Source: Candidatus Brocadiia bacterium (GTDB lineage: Bacteria > Planctomycetota > Brocadiia > CAIUPP01). From it: a DNA stretch of 64,000 nt. Below, piece by piece: positions 8,552-17,116 of the stretch. The translations under genes were made by a program, and so were the position numbers. Each line of letters begins with the position of its first letter. Position 1 is the stretch's first letter. The DNA lies in assembly GCA_050015075.1 (NCBI GenBank), contig JBEKCB010000005.1:1-64000 (forward strand), written 5' to 3'. The notes beneath the pieces were generated by a model that saw nothing but the letters and a program-made list of their open reading frames with translations, was not told where the DNA came from and searched no databases.

Positions 8552-11500
8552 CCGACCAGCCGGCGGCGACGGGACGATTGGCGGACCAGGCCCAGCGCGA
8601 TCGCGCGACGAACGCGCTGGACACCACGTTCCTGGTCGAGGCGGCGGCCGGGACCGGGAAGACGACGATCCTCGTGGACCGCATCCTCTCGATCCTCCGC
8701 GCGGGCCGGGCGTCGCTGCGGGAGATCGCGGCGATCACGTTCACCGAGAAGGCGGCGGGCGAGCTGAAGGTCCGCCTGCGGCAGGCCGTCGAGCGGGAAC
8801 TCCGCGATCGGCCGCGGCAGGCGGATGCGGCGCGGTCGCAGGCGCTCAGCGACGCGCTCGCCGACCTCGAGGGGATGTCGGTCAGCACCATCCACGCCTT
8901 CTGCGCGGACCTGATCCACGAGCGGCCGGTCGAGGCGCGCGTCGAGCCGGGCTTCGTGGTCGCGGACGAACTGCGCGCGTCGCTGATCCTCGAAGAAGCG
9001 TGGGAGACCTGGCTGGCCGAGCAGATGTCCGGCGATTCGCCGGCGGTCCGCAGGGCCGTCGAGTCGGGAATCTCTTTCGAGGCGGCGGGTGCGCGCGAGA
9101 GCCCGGTCTTCAGCCTGGCCTGCGAGCTGATCGAGCAGCGCGACGCCGCCGCGGCTGGGCGCGTCGAGACGCCCTGGACGGACGCGCAGTTCGCCGCGGC
9201 GGCGGAGGCGCTCCGCGAGCCGGTCGCGGAACTGGCCGAGGCGCGGCGGCGGGATTGCCGCCGGCCGGAAACCGACGGGTGCGCCAGGCAGATCGCGGAA
9301 CTCGAAGCGTGGATATCGCAAACGCCCAAGGCGGAGTTCGACGCGATCCGCGAGTGGCTCGCCGACGCGCCGGCCATCAAGGCCCAGGCCGGACAGCAGG
9401 GCAACTGGTCCTCGCCGGCCGTCCTCAAGACCGTGAAGGCCGGTGTCGGGCGCGCGAAGGATGCCGTCGCGCGGCTCTCCGGCGAAGCGGATCACCGCGT
9501 CCTCTGCGATCTCGCCGAGTGGCTCCGTCCGTTCCTCGACCGGTACCGCGAGGCCAAGGAGCGGCGCCGCGCGCTGGACTTCACCGACCTGCTGCTCAAG
9601 GCGCGCGACATGCTCCGCGACAGCCGCGCCGCGCGTGACAGCTTCAAGCGCGCCTTCCGCTGCATCCTCGTGGACGAGTTCCAGGACACCGACCCGCTCC
9701 AGACCGAAATCGTCTTCTTCCTCAGCGAGCGCCCGGGCGAGCACGCCGCCGATTGGGAAGCCGTCAACCTGGTCCCCGGAAAACTCTTCATCGTCGGCGA
9801 CCCGAAGCAATCCATCTACCGCTTCCGCCGCGCCGACCTCGACCTGTACGGCAGAGTCCGCCAGGCCGTCGCGCGCCAGGGCGCCATGCTCCAGCTCTCC
9901 GTCAACTTCCGCACGGTGCCGTGGATCACCGGCGAAGTGAACCGGATCTTCGAGCCGCTGATGCAAGGGCCCGCCGGCGACCGGTTCGAGCCGGAGCACG
10001 TCCCGCTCGTCCCTCAGCGTTCGGATGAGGGAACGCAGCCGAGCGTGCTGGTCCCGCTTCCGCCGGCGCTGCCGGACGGCGAGGCGCTCGGCGTGGAGGA
10101 CTGGCGGCGGAAGGAGTCCGGCTGCATCGCGGTGTTTATCGCGGAGCTAGTCGGCAGCGGGCGGCTCATCCGCGCGGGAAAGCCGGCCGTTCGGCGGCCG
10201 GTAGCGCTCCGCGACATCGCCGTGCTCTATCGCTCGGCCACGGGCCTCGATTCGCTCGAGGAGGCGCTGCGGGCGAACGACGTGCCGTACCAGGTCTCCG
10301 GCGGCCGGTATTATTACGCGCGGGTGGAATTCCAGGACCTGCTCTCGGCGCTCAAGGCGATCGACAACCCGTTCGACGGGCTCAGCGTCGTCGGCGCGCT
10401 GCGCTCGCCCTTCTTCGGGCAATCCGACGAGGACCTTCTGCGGCATTTCGGCGCGGGCGGCACGTTCAACTATCTCGCCGGCGCACCCGAAGGTTGCCGC
10501 GACCTGGCCGAGGCGTTCGACGCGCTCAGGGATCTCCACGAGCGGCGCCGGCGCGACCCGGCCTCCGCGGTGCTGGCGCACCTCTTCGAGAGCACCCGCG
10601 CGCTGCTGATTTACGCCAATAAGCCGCACGGCGAGCAGCGCGTGGCGAACCTCCTCAAGCTCCAGGAGATCGCGCGCGCGATGGCCGAGGCCGAGGTCAA
10701 CTCCTTCAGCGCGCTCGTGCGCCGGCTCAGCGAGATGGAAAGCTCGCGCCAGGCCGAGGCGGAAAGCCCCATCGCCGAGGCCGACGAGAATTTCGTCCAG
10801 GTCATGACGTTCCACAAGGCGAAGGGATTGGAGTTCCCCGTCGTCATCCTGGCGCACCTGGCGAACGAAGGCGAGAGCCGCGAAAACGTGCTGCTCGACC
10901 GCGCGCGCGGCCGGCTGCACCTGAACCTCAATCACAGGAAAACCCGCGGCTGGGACGCGGCGATGGCCGACGAGGCCGACCGCGCCGAATACGAGCGGCG
11001 GCGCATGTTCTACGTGGCGCTGACGCGCGCGCGCGACCTGCTCGTCATCCCCGCGTTCTGGTCCCGGAGCCCGCAGGCGGGCTTCCTGAAATACCTGGGC
11101 GAACGTTACGCGCCTTCCGCCGGGCAGAAGCCCGCCGTGGAGTTCGTCGCGACGGACTCCTTCGACCTCGACAAGCGCAGCCGCGACACGCTGCGGCTGA
11201 AGCCCACGCCGGCGCCCGAGCTGCCGCCGGAGGCAGTCGAACTGGCGCAGCATCACGAGAAATGGAAGGAGACCGTCCAGGCCGAGGCGGAGCAACTCAG
11301 CGCCGGGCGGAAAATCCAAACGGCCAGCGGGTCCATATTGCGGAATGCGGATTTCGGAATGCGGATTGACGACAGCGATTCGCGCGCCGGTCAGTCGTTA
11401 ACTGCGCAATTGGAAGGCCGCGCGGCGAAGCTGGGCTCGCTTGTCCACCAGTTAATGGAGACCGTTGATTTCCGCGCTCCCGGCGACTTGGGACCGCTCG

Positions 11501-11901
11501 CCGAAGCCGAGGCGCGCGGGCTTGGGCTGACTCCCGCCGACGCGCGCGAAGCGGTCGGGCTCGTCAAGCGCGCCCTCGCGCATCCGCTCATCGCCGGCCG
11601 CGCCGTCAAAGCGGAACAGCTCTACCGCGAAGTCCCGTTCGCTTACATGGAAGGCGACACGCTGTACGAGGGCTACGCCGACCTCGTCTTCATCGAGAAC
11701 GGGAACGCCGTCATCGTGGACTACAAGACCGATTCCGTCAGCGAGCAGGAGGCCGCGGAACACGCGAAGCGATATTTTCCGCAAGCGGAGATTTACATGC
11801 GCGCGATTTCTGCCGCGCTCGGCCGGGCCGTCAAGGAATTCCACTTCCTCTTCATCCGACCGGGAGTTGCGGTGCCTGTCTCGCACGCGGGGAAAGAATG
11901 A
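8548..11901 (+). CDS. addA: ATP-dependent helicase/nuclease subunit A (AddA, UvrD family)
   Basis: ATGA overlap with addB; AAAGTGKT, TFTEKAA, TIHAF, VDEFQDT, VGDPKQSIYRFR, MTFHKAKGLEF, YVALTRARD; nuclease EGYADLV...VDYKTD. Confidence 0.93.
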   Translation: MTDQPAATGRLADQAQRDRATNALDTTFLVEAAAGTGKTTILVDRILSILRAGRASLREIAAITFTEKAAGELKVRLRQAVERELRDRPRQADAARSQALSDALADLEGMSVSTIHAFCADLIHERPVEARVEPGFVVADELRASLILEEAWETWLAEQMSGDSPAVRRAVESGISFEAAGARESPVFSLACELIEQRDAAAAGRVETPWTDAQFAAAAEALREPVAELAEARRRDCRRPETDGCARQIAELEAWISQTPKAEFDAIREWLADAPAIKAQAGQQGNWSSPAVLKTVKAGVGRAKDAVARLSGEADHRVLCDLAEWLRPFLDRYREAKERRRALDFTDLLLKARDMLRDSRAARDSFKRAFRCILVDEFQDTDPLQTEIVFFLSERPGEHAADWEAVNLVPGKLFIVGDPKQSIYRFRRADLDLYGRVRQAVARQGAMLQLSVNFRTVPWITGEVNRIFEPLMQGPAGDRFEPEHVPLVPQRSDEGTQPSVLVPLPPALPDGEALGVEDWRRKESGCIAVFIAELVGSGRLIRAGKPAVRRPVALRDIAVLYRSATGLDSLEEALRANDVPYQVSGGRYYYARVEFQDLLSALKAIDNPFDGLSVVGALRSPFFGQSDEDLLRHFGAGGTFNYLAGAPEGCRDLAEAFDALRDLHERRRRDPASAVLAHLFESTRALLIYANKPHGEQRVANLLKLQEIARAMAEAEVNSFSALVRRLSEMESSRQAEAESPIAEADENFVQVMTFHKAKGLEFPVVILAHLANEGESRENVLLDRARGRLHLNLNHRKTRGWDAAMADEADRAEYERRRMFYVALTRARDLLVIPAFWSRSPQAGFLKYLGERYAPSAGQKPAVEFVATDSFDLDKRSRDTLRLKPTPAPELPPEAVELAQHHEKWKETVQAEAEQLSAGRKIQTASGSILRNADFGMRIDDSDSRAGQSLTAQLEGRAAKLGSLVHQLMETVDFRAPGDLGPLAEAEARGLGLTPADAREAVGLVKRALAHPLIAGRAVKAEQLYREVPFAYMEGDTLYEGYADLVFIENGNAVIVDYKTDSVSEQEAAEHAKRYFPQAEIYMRAISAALGRAVKEFHFLFIRPGVAVPVSHAGKE
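11339..11366. repeat. 4x 7-mer (tgcggaa/tgcggat) inside the addA linker
   Basis: tgcggaa tgcggat ttcggaa tgcggat; same unit as the intergenic element at 15659-15741. Confidence 0.6.
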
Positions 11902-11910
11902 GGCGCCGTC

Positions 11911-12010
11911 AATCGTCCTCGTCCTCGTCCTCGTCCTCGTCGTCGTCCTCGAACGTTCGTCTGAACGGCCACGACCGAGGACGAGGACGACGACGAGGAC
12001 GAGTACGATT
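11911..12010. repeat. (CTCGTC)n...(GACGAG)n long hairpin element, copy 1
   Basis: aatcgtcctcgtcctc... pairs with ...gaggacgagtacgatt; between convergent addA and mnmG. Confidence 0.9.
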
Positions 12011-12034
12011 TGCGCTCCCGGCGAGGGCGATCTG

Positions 12035-13843
12035 CTATTTGGCCTTGCGCGCGGCGAGGCGGACCATCAGCACGGAGATATCGGCCGGGCTGACGCCGCT
12101 GATGCGCGAGGCCTGGCCGAGGGTCACGGGGCGGATTTCGCCGAGCTTGCGTCGCGCTTCTTTGCTGATCTGGATCAGCGATTCGTAGTCCAGGCCGTCG
12201 GGAATCCGGCTGTCCTCGACCTTGCGCGCTTTCTCGATCTGCTGCGCCTGGCGGCTGATGTAGCCTTCGTACTTGATCTCGATCTCGACTTGCTCGGCGA
12301 CCTCCCGCGGCTCGGACTGTAGATCGGGCCAGAGCTTCGCCAGGTCGGCGAAGGTCGTGTCCGGCCGGCGCAGTTTTTGCGCGAGCGTCTCGCCGCCTAT
12401 CTTCGTTTGTTCCAGCTCCCGGCGCAGTTCGGCGATGCGCTTTTCCTTCTCGTCCAGCCGCGCGATCTGCTCGGCGGAGATGAGGCCCAGCCGCCGCCCG
12501 TGCCGCATGAGCCGACGGTCGGCGTTGTCCTGCCGAAGGAGCAGCCGGTGCTCCGCGCGCGAAGTGAACATGCGGTACGGCTCCAGCGTGCCGCGCGTGA
12601 CCAGGTCGTCAATCAGGACGCCGATGTACGCCTCGTCGCGGCGCAGGACGAACGGCGGCTCGCCGCGCAGCTTGAGCGCGGCGTTGATGCCGGCCATCAG
12701 GCCCTGCGCGGCGGCTTCCTCGTAACCCGAAGTCCCGTTGATCTGCCCGCCGTGGAAGAGGTTGGCGACCGGCTTGGTCTCCAGGTGCGGCCAGAGCTGC
12801 GTCGGCGGCGCGAAGTCGTACTCGATCGCGTAGCCGTACCGGACGATCCGCGCCTGCTCGCAGCCGCGGATCGAGCGCACGAGCGCCTCCTGGACGTCCA
12901 TCGGCAGGCTCGTCGAGATGCCGTTGCAGTAAAGCTCGCTGGTGCCGCGGCCCTCCGGCTCGAGGAAGACCGTGTGCTCCGCGCGGTCGGCGAAGCGGAC
13001 TACTTTGTCCTCGATCGAGGGGCAGTAGCGCGGGCCGACGGATTTGATCTGGCCGCTGTAGAGCGGCGCGCGATGGAGGTTGGCGCGGATGATCTCGTGC
13101 GTGGCCGGGTTCGTCTCGGTGAGCCAGCAGGGCAATTGCGGGCCGGGCAGCGCGACGGTCGAGAAGCTGAACGGCTGTGGCGCGTCGTCGCCGGGCTGGA
13201 GCTTGAGTTCGTCGAGCCGCACGCTGCGGCCGTCGAGCCGCGGCGGCGTGCCGGTCTTCAGGCGCCCGAGTTGGATTCCGGCGGCGATGAGGCTGCCGGA
13301 GAGCCCTTCGGCGCTCGGCTCGCCCATGCGCCCGCCGGACATCTGCGCCGGGCCGACGTGGATGAGCCCGCGAAGGAAGGTGCCGGTGGTGAGGACGACG
13401 GCGCGGCTGCGGATTTCAATTCCGCCGAGGCAGCGGATGCCGACAGCCATACCCTGCTCGACGAGCAGCGCTTCGGCGGTCGCCTGGAGGAGCGCGAGGT
13501 TCGGCTGCTGCTCGATCCGGCGCTTCATCGCGGCGCGGTACGCCACGCGGTCGTTCTGCGACCTCGGCGAACGGACCGCCGCGCCCTTGCCGGTGTTGAG
13601 CATGCGGAACTGGATGCCGGTCTCGTCGGCGACCTTGGCCATCTCGCCGCCGAGCGCGTCAATTTCGCGGACGAGCTGCCCTTTCGCCAGGCCGCCGATG
13701 GCGGGATTGCAGGACATCTGGCCGACCTGGTCGGCGCTGATGGTGACGAGCAGCGTGCGACAGCCCATCCGCGCCGCCGCCAGCGCCGCCTCGCAGCCGG
13801 CATGTCCGGCGCCGACGACGATGATGTCGAAGGATTCAGGCAT
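12035..13843 (-). CDS. mnmG: tRNA uridine 5-carboxymethylaminomethyl modification enzyme MnmG (GidA)
   Basis: ATG 13843 [20 protein letters not shown]; [56 protein letters not shown]. Confidence 0.97.
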   Translation of the reverse strand: MPESFDIIVVGAGHAGCEAALAAARMGCRTLLVTISADQVGQMSCNPAIGGLAKGQLVREIDALGGEMAKVADETGIQFRMLNTGKGAAVRSPRSQNDRVAYRAAMKRRIEQQPNLALLQATAEALLVEQGMAVGIRCLGGIEIRSRAVVLTTGTFLRGLIHVGPAQMSGGRMGEPSAEGLSGSLIAAGIQLGRLKTGTPPRLDGRSVRLDELKLQPGDDAPQPFSFSTVALPGPQLPCWLTETNPATHEIIRANLHRAPLYSGQIKSVGPRYCPSIEDKVVRFADRAEHTVFLEPEGRGTSELYCNGISTSLPMDVQEALVRSIRGCEQARIVRYGYAIEYDFAPPTQLWPHLETKPVANLFHGGQINGTSGYEEAAAQGLMAGINAALKLRGEPPFVLRRDEAYIGVLIDDLVTRGTLEPYRMFTSRAEHRLLLRQDNADRRLMRHGRRLGLISAEQIARLDEKEKRIAELRRELEQTKIGGETLAQKLRRPDTTFADLAKLWPDLQSEPREVAEQVEIEIKYEGYISRQAQQIEKARKVEDSRIPDGLDYESLIQISKEARRKLGEIRPVTLGQASRISGVSPADISVLMVRLAARKAK

Positions 13844-13852
13844 GTTTGTTCT

Positions 13853-13975
13853 AATCGTCCTCGTCCTCGTCCTCGATCTCGTCCTCGCTCGCGTCCTCGT
13901 CCTCGCTCTCGTCCTCGTCCTCGAACGGCCGTTTCGAACGACCGAGGACGAGGACGACGACGAGGACGAGCACGA
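13853..13975. repeat. (CTCGTC)n...(GACGAG)n long hairpin element, copy 2
   Basis: Long left arm of hexamers and shorter right arm, immediately upstream of the mnmG start. Confidence 0.9.
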
Positions 13976-14088
13976 AAGTAAGCCACACCATTTTATCGAA
14001 TCCCGCTGCGAAGAGAAAACGCCGTCACACAGCGGTCTCGAAAACGGCCGGCCGAACGGGTATGATACACGCCGCAAAAGGAGGACCA

Positions 14089-14502
14089 ATGCCGGACTCG
14101 CTCATCCTGGGCGTCGGGCTGGACGTGGTCGAGGTGGCGCGGGTGCGCGCCTCGGTCAGGCGGTCGGGCGAGCGCTTCAGCCAACGCGTCTTCACGCCGG
14201 CCGAGATCGCCTACTGCGCGGGCCGCGCGCGGAAGTTCGAGCACCTGGCCGCGCGGTTCGCCGCGAAGGAGGCGACGCTCAAGGCGCTCGGCACGGGCAT
14301 CACCGGCTGGGCCTCGCTGCAGGAAGTGGAGGTCGTCCACGACGCGGCGGGCCGGCCGGAGATTCGGCTTCGCGGCGGCGTGCTCCGGCGCGCGCGGTCG
14401 CTCGGGCTGAAAGCGGCGCATCTTTCGATTTCGCATACGGCAGGCGTCGCGGCGGCGGTGGTGGTCCTGGAGGGCGGCGGGCGCAGGCGCGGACTCGGTT
14501 GA
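14089..14502 (+). CDS. acpS: Holo-[acyl-carrier-protein] synthase
   Basis: AGGAGG then ATG 14089; [39 protein letters not shown]. Confidence 0.95.
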   Translation: MPDSLILGVGLDVVEVARVRASVRRSGERFSQRVFTPAEIAYCAGRARKFEHLAARFAAKEATLKALGTGITGWASLQEVEVVHDAAGRPEIRLRGGVLRRARSLGLKAAHLSISHTAGVAAAVVVLEGGGRRRGLG

Positions 14503-14527
14503 CATTCCTCATGCCCCAACTTAATAT
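14499..14527 (+). promoter_or_regulatory. Sigma70-type promoter upstream of manC
   Basis: TTGACA-N17-TAATAT. Confidence 0.55.
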
Positions 14528-14578
14528 CGTCTATAACAAGCCGTCCAAAATGGCCTCATGGCGGGAGATCGGGCAAGC

Positions 14579-15664
14579 ATGCTGCATCCCGTGATCATGG
14601 CAGGCGGTTCCGGGACGCGCTTCTGGCCGCGGAGCCGCCGGCACAGGCCCAAGCAGTTGATCCGCATCTTCGGCGAAGGCAGCATGATCCAGCAGACCGT
14701 CTCGCGGTTGCAGGCTTCCTTCCCGCCGGAATCGTTCCTGGTCATGACCAACGCGGCGCAGGCGGAAGAGGTGCGCCGGCAACTGCCGCGGCTCTCGGCC
14801 GCGCAAACGGTCGCCGAGCCGGCCGGGCGCGACAGCTCGGCGTGCATCGGGCTGGCGGCGCTGATCCTGCTGGACCAGGATCCGGACGCGGCGATGCTCG
14901 TGCTGGCGTCGGACCAGCTCATTTCGCCGATGGAGGAGTTCGCGCGCTGCGTGGCCGAGGGGCAGCGCATCGCGCTGCAGCAGCACGCGCTGGTGACGTT
15001 CGGCGTGAAGCCCACGGCCCCGACCGAGCAATACGGCTACGTGCGCCGCGGCGAGCGGCTGCCCCCGCAGGAGCGGGACGCGCCGCCGGCATTCCGCCTG
15101 GCGCAGTTCAAGGAGAAGCCTTCGCGGGCGCAGGCGGAGGAATTCATCCGGACCGGCGAGTACTACTGGAACAGCGGCAACTTCGTCTGGCGCGCGGCCG
15201 ATATCCTCGAGGCGATCCGGCAGCTCCTGCCCGAGATTCACGCCGGGCTCGAGAAGATCCGGCCCGCGATCGGGACGGCGCGCCAGGAACAGGTCGTCGC
15301 GCGCGAATATCCCCTGCTGACGCGCATCTCCATTGACTACGGCGTGATGGAGAAGGCGGCGAACGCCGTCATCGTGGAGATGTCGCTGGTCTGGGACGAC
15401 GTGGGCGCGTGGAATGCGCTCTCGCGCCACCACGCCCCGGACGAGCACGGGAACGTCGTCATGGCGCTGCACGCGGGCATTGACACCGGCGGCTGCATCC
15501 TGGCGGCCGAGCCGGACCACTTGATTGCGACGCTCGGCGTGAAGGACCTGATCGTGGTGCAGACGCCCGACGCGACGCTGATCTGCGACCGCAGCCGCGC
15601 CGCCGAGGTCAAGGCGCTCGTTGAACTCCTTCGGACGCGCGGGCTGGACGCGTATATTGAATGA
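14579..15664 (+). CDS. manC: Mannose-1-phosphate guanylyltransferase
   Basis: VIMAGGSGTRFWPRSR...PKQL, EPAGRDS, FKEKP, WNSGNF, ISIDYGVMEK, WDDVGAW; no C-terminal isomerase cupin. Confidence 0.93.
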   Translation: MLHPVIMAGGSGTRFWPRSRRHRPKQLIRIFGEGSMIQQTVSRLQASFPPESFLVMTNAAQAEEVRRQLPRLSAAQTVAEPAGRDSSACIGLAALILLDQDPDAAMLVLASDQLISPMEEFARCVAEGQRIALQQHALVTFGVKPTAPTEQYGYVRRGERLPPQERDAPPAFRLAQFKEKPSRAQAEEFIRTGEYYWNSGNFVWRAADILEAIRQLLPEIHAGLEKIRPAIGTARQEQVVAREYPLLTRISIDYGVMEKAANAVIVEMSLVWDDVGAWNALSRHHAPDEHGNVVMALHAGIDTGGCILAAEPDHLIATLGVKDLIVVQTPDATLICDRSRAAEVKALVELLRTRGLDAYIE

Positions 15665-15741
15665 GGAATGCGGAATTAACGGCTGATCCGCGAGCGAACC
15701 GTCGCCGCCAATCCGCAATCCGTGCTCTGCATTCCGCAATT
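15659..15741. repeat. Inverted 7-mer arrays (GAATGCG / CGCATTC type)
   Basis: gaatgaggaatgcggaatt ... aatccgcaatccgtgctctgcattccgcaatt. Confidence 0.7.
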
Positions 15742-15758
15742 TAGTTTTGGGTGCTCAA

Positions 15759-17024
15759 ATGGCTCTGCAAGGTCGCTTGACGGTCATCCAAGGGTCAATG
15801 CCCAACTCGGAATACCCGCTGCCGCTCGAGGGCGATTTCACGATCGGCCGCAACCGGCGCACGAACCTTCCGATCCTGATGCGGACAGTCTCGCGCAAAC
15901 ACGCCAAGATCACGTACCGCAACGGCGCCTACACGATCATTGACCTCGAAAGCAAATCCGGCGTGCTGGTGAACGAGCGCAAGGTCACCACGAGCGTGCT
16001 GCGGCACGGCGACCGGATTCAGATCGGGCGCATCAAGTTCCGGTTCTGGCTGCAGGTGCCGGAGAGGCCGGCGCCCCAGCGCGAGACGCAGGGGCCCGTG
16101 TTCGAGATGCTGCGCGAGCCGCTGGTGATCCCGCCGAAGCCGCTGCCGCCGCCGACGGAGGCCGAGGACGAGTCGGAAGAAACGACCGTACCCCGCTTCT
16201 CGATCGAGGAACTCGGCTTCATCGGGCGGACCATCGGCGGCACGAAGCTGATCACCGCCCTGGTCCGCAGCCGGCGGGCGATGATCTACAAAGGCACGCA
16301 GGCGAGCCACAACCGCGTGGTGGCCTTCAAGATGCTGCGGCCGGAGGCGGCGGCGGACCGGGAAATCGTGGCCTGGTTCATCAGCGGCGCGAAGCGCGCC
16401 AGCGGCCTGCGCCACGAGGACATCATCGGGCCGCTGGGCGGCGGCAGCGAGGACGGCGTGCTTTTCCTCACCCTGCCGTTCATGGAAGGCGGCAGCGCGC
16501 TGGAGAGGTTCAGCGAGGCCGTCGAGGAAGGCATTCCCGCGGCCAAGCGGGCGCTGGAGGCGCTCGTGCACGTCACGCGCGCGCTCGAGTTCGCGCATAA
16601 CAGCGGCGTTCAGCACCTCGGCCTGCGGCCGTCGAAGATCCTGTTCAGCGATCAGCACCACGCGAAGGTGACGGGGCTGGGATTCGACAACAGCACATCG
16701 GCGGCCGGCGCGGAGGTCACGGCGGACATCGAGGCCTATCTCGCGCCGGAGCAACTCGGCACGAACGGCAATATGACGGCGGAGACGGACATCTTTTCGC
16801 TCGGCGCGACATTCTACTACATGCTGACCGGCCGGCCTCCGCAGCGTGACCACCGCCAGCGGATTCCCTCGCCCAAGGAGGCCAACCGCGTCATTCCCGA
16901 TTCCATCTGCCGCATCGCCGAGAAGATGGTGGCTGCCGAGCCGCAAGGGCGTTACCGGTCCTACGGTCTGCTGCTCCACGACCTGCGCTGGGCGCTCCGC
17001 GGCGAGGCGTGGCCGCATGCGTAA
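15759..17024 (+). CDS. FHA domain + Ser/Thr kinase-like (probable pseudokinase)
   Basis: FHA (IGRN, VSRKHA, DLESKSG). Kinase fold keeps VAFK and YLAPE but HRD is HLG, DFG is GLG and the Gly-rich loop is gone. Confidence 0.85.
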   Translation: MALQGRLTVIQGSMPNSEYPLPLEGDFTIGRNRRTNLPILMRTVSRKHAKITYRNGAYTIIDLESKSGVLVNERKVTTSVLRHGDRIQIGRIKFRFWLQVPERPAPQRETQGPVFEMLREPLVIPPKPLPPPTEAEDESEETTVPRFSIEELGFIGRTIGGTKLITALVRSRRAMIYKGTQASHNRVVAFKMLRPEAAADREIVAWFISGAKRASGLRHEDIIGPLGGGSEDGVLFLTLPFMEGGSALERFSEAVEEGIPAAKRALEALVHVTRALEFAHNSGVQHLGLRPSKILFSDQHHAKVTGLGFDNSTSAAGAEVTADIEAYLAPEQLGTNGNMTAETDIFSLGATFYYMLTGRPPQRDHRQRIPSPKEANRVIPDSICRIAEKMVAAEPQGRYRSYGLLLHDLRWALRGEAWPHA

Positions 17025-17063
17025 GCCGTGCCCGCAACTCACATTCGATCTTTCGGTCGGCAT

Positions 17064-17093
17064 TCCGCCTTCGCCAAGGCTGCGGCGGACAAG
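17064..17093. repeat. Short REP-like hairpin
   Basis: tccgcc-ttcgccaaggctgc-ggcgga-caag in the gap between the kinase genes; single clear copy here. Confidence 0.5.
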
Positions 17094-17116
17094 TCGGCAA
17101 TATTTTTTGAGAGCCC

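Noticed and set aside
5339-11901. Novel helicase-nuclease defence system or Cas4-linked module
   Set aside because: Order, size and motifs fit ordinary AddAB recombination repair in a housekeeping context.
11867-12322. ORFs with poly-Ser, (VL)n or (RT)n tracts, including the N-terminal extension of the mnmG ORF to 14089
   Set aside because: They are translations of the CTCGTC/GACGAG hairpin elements, not proteins.
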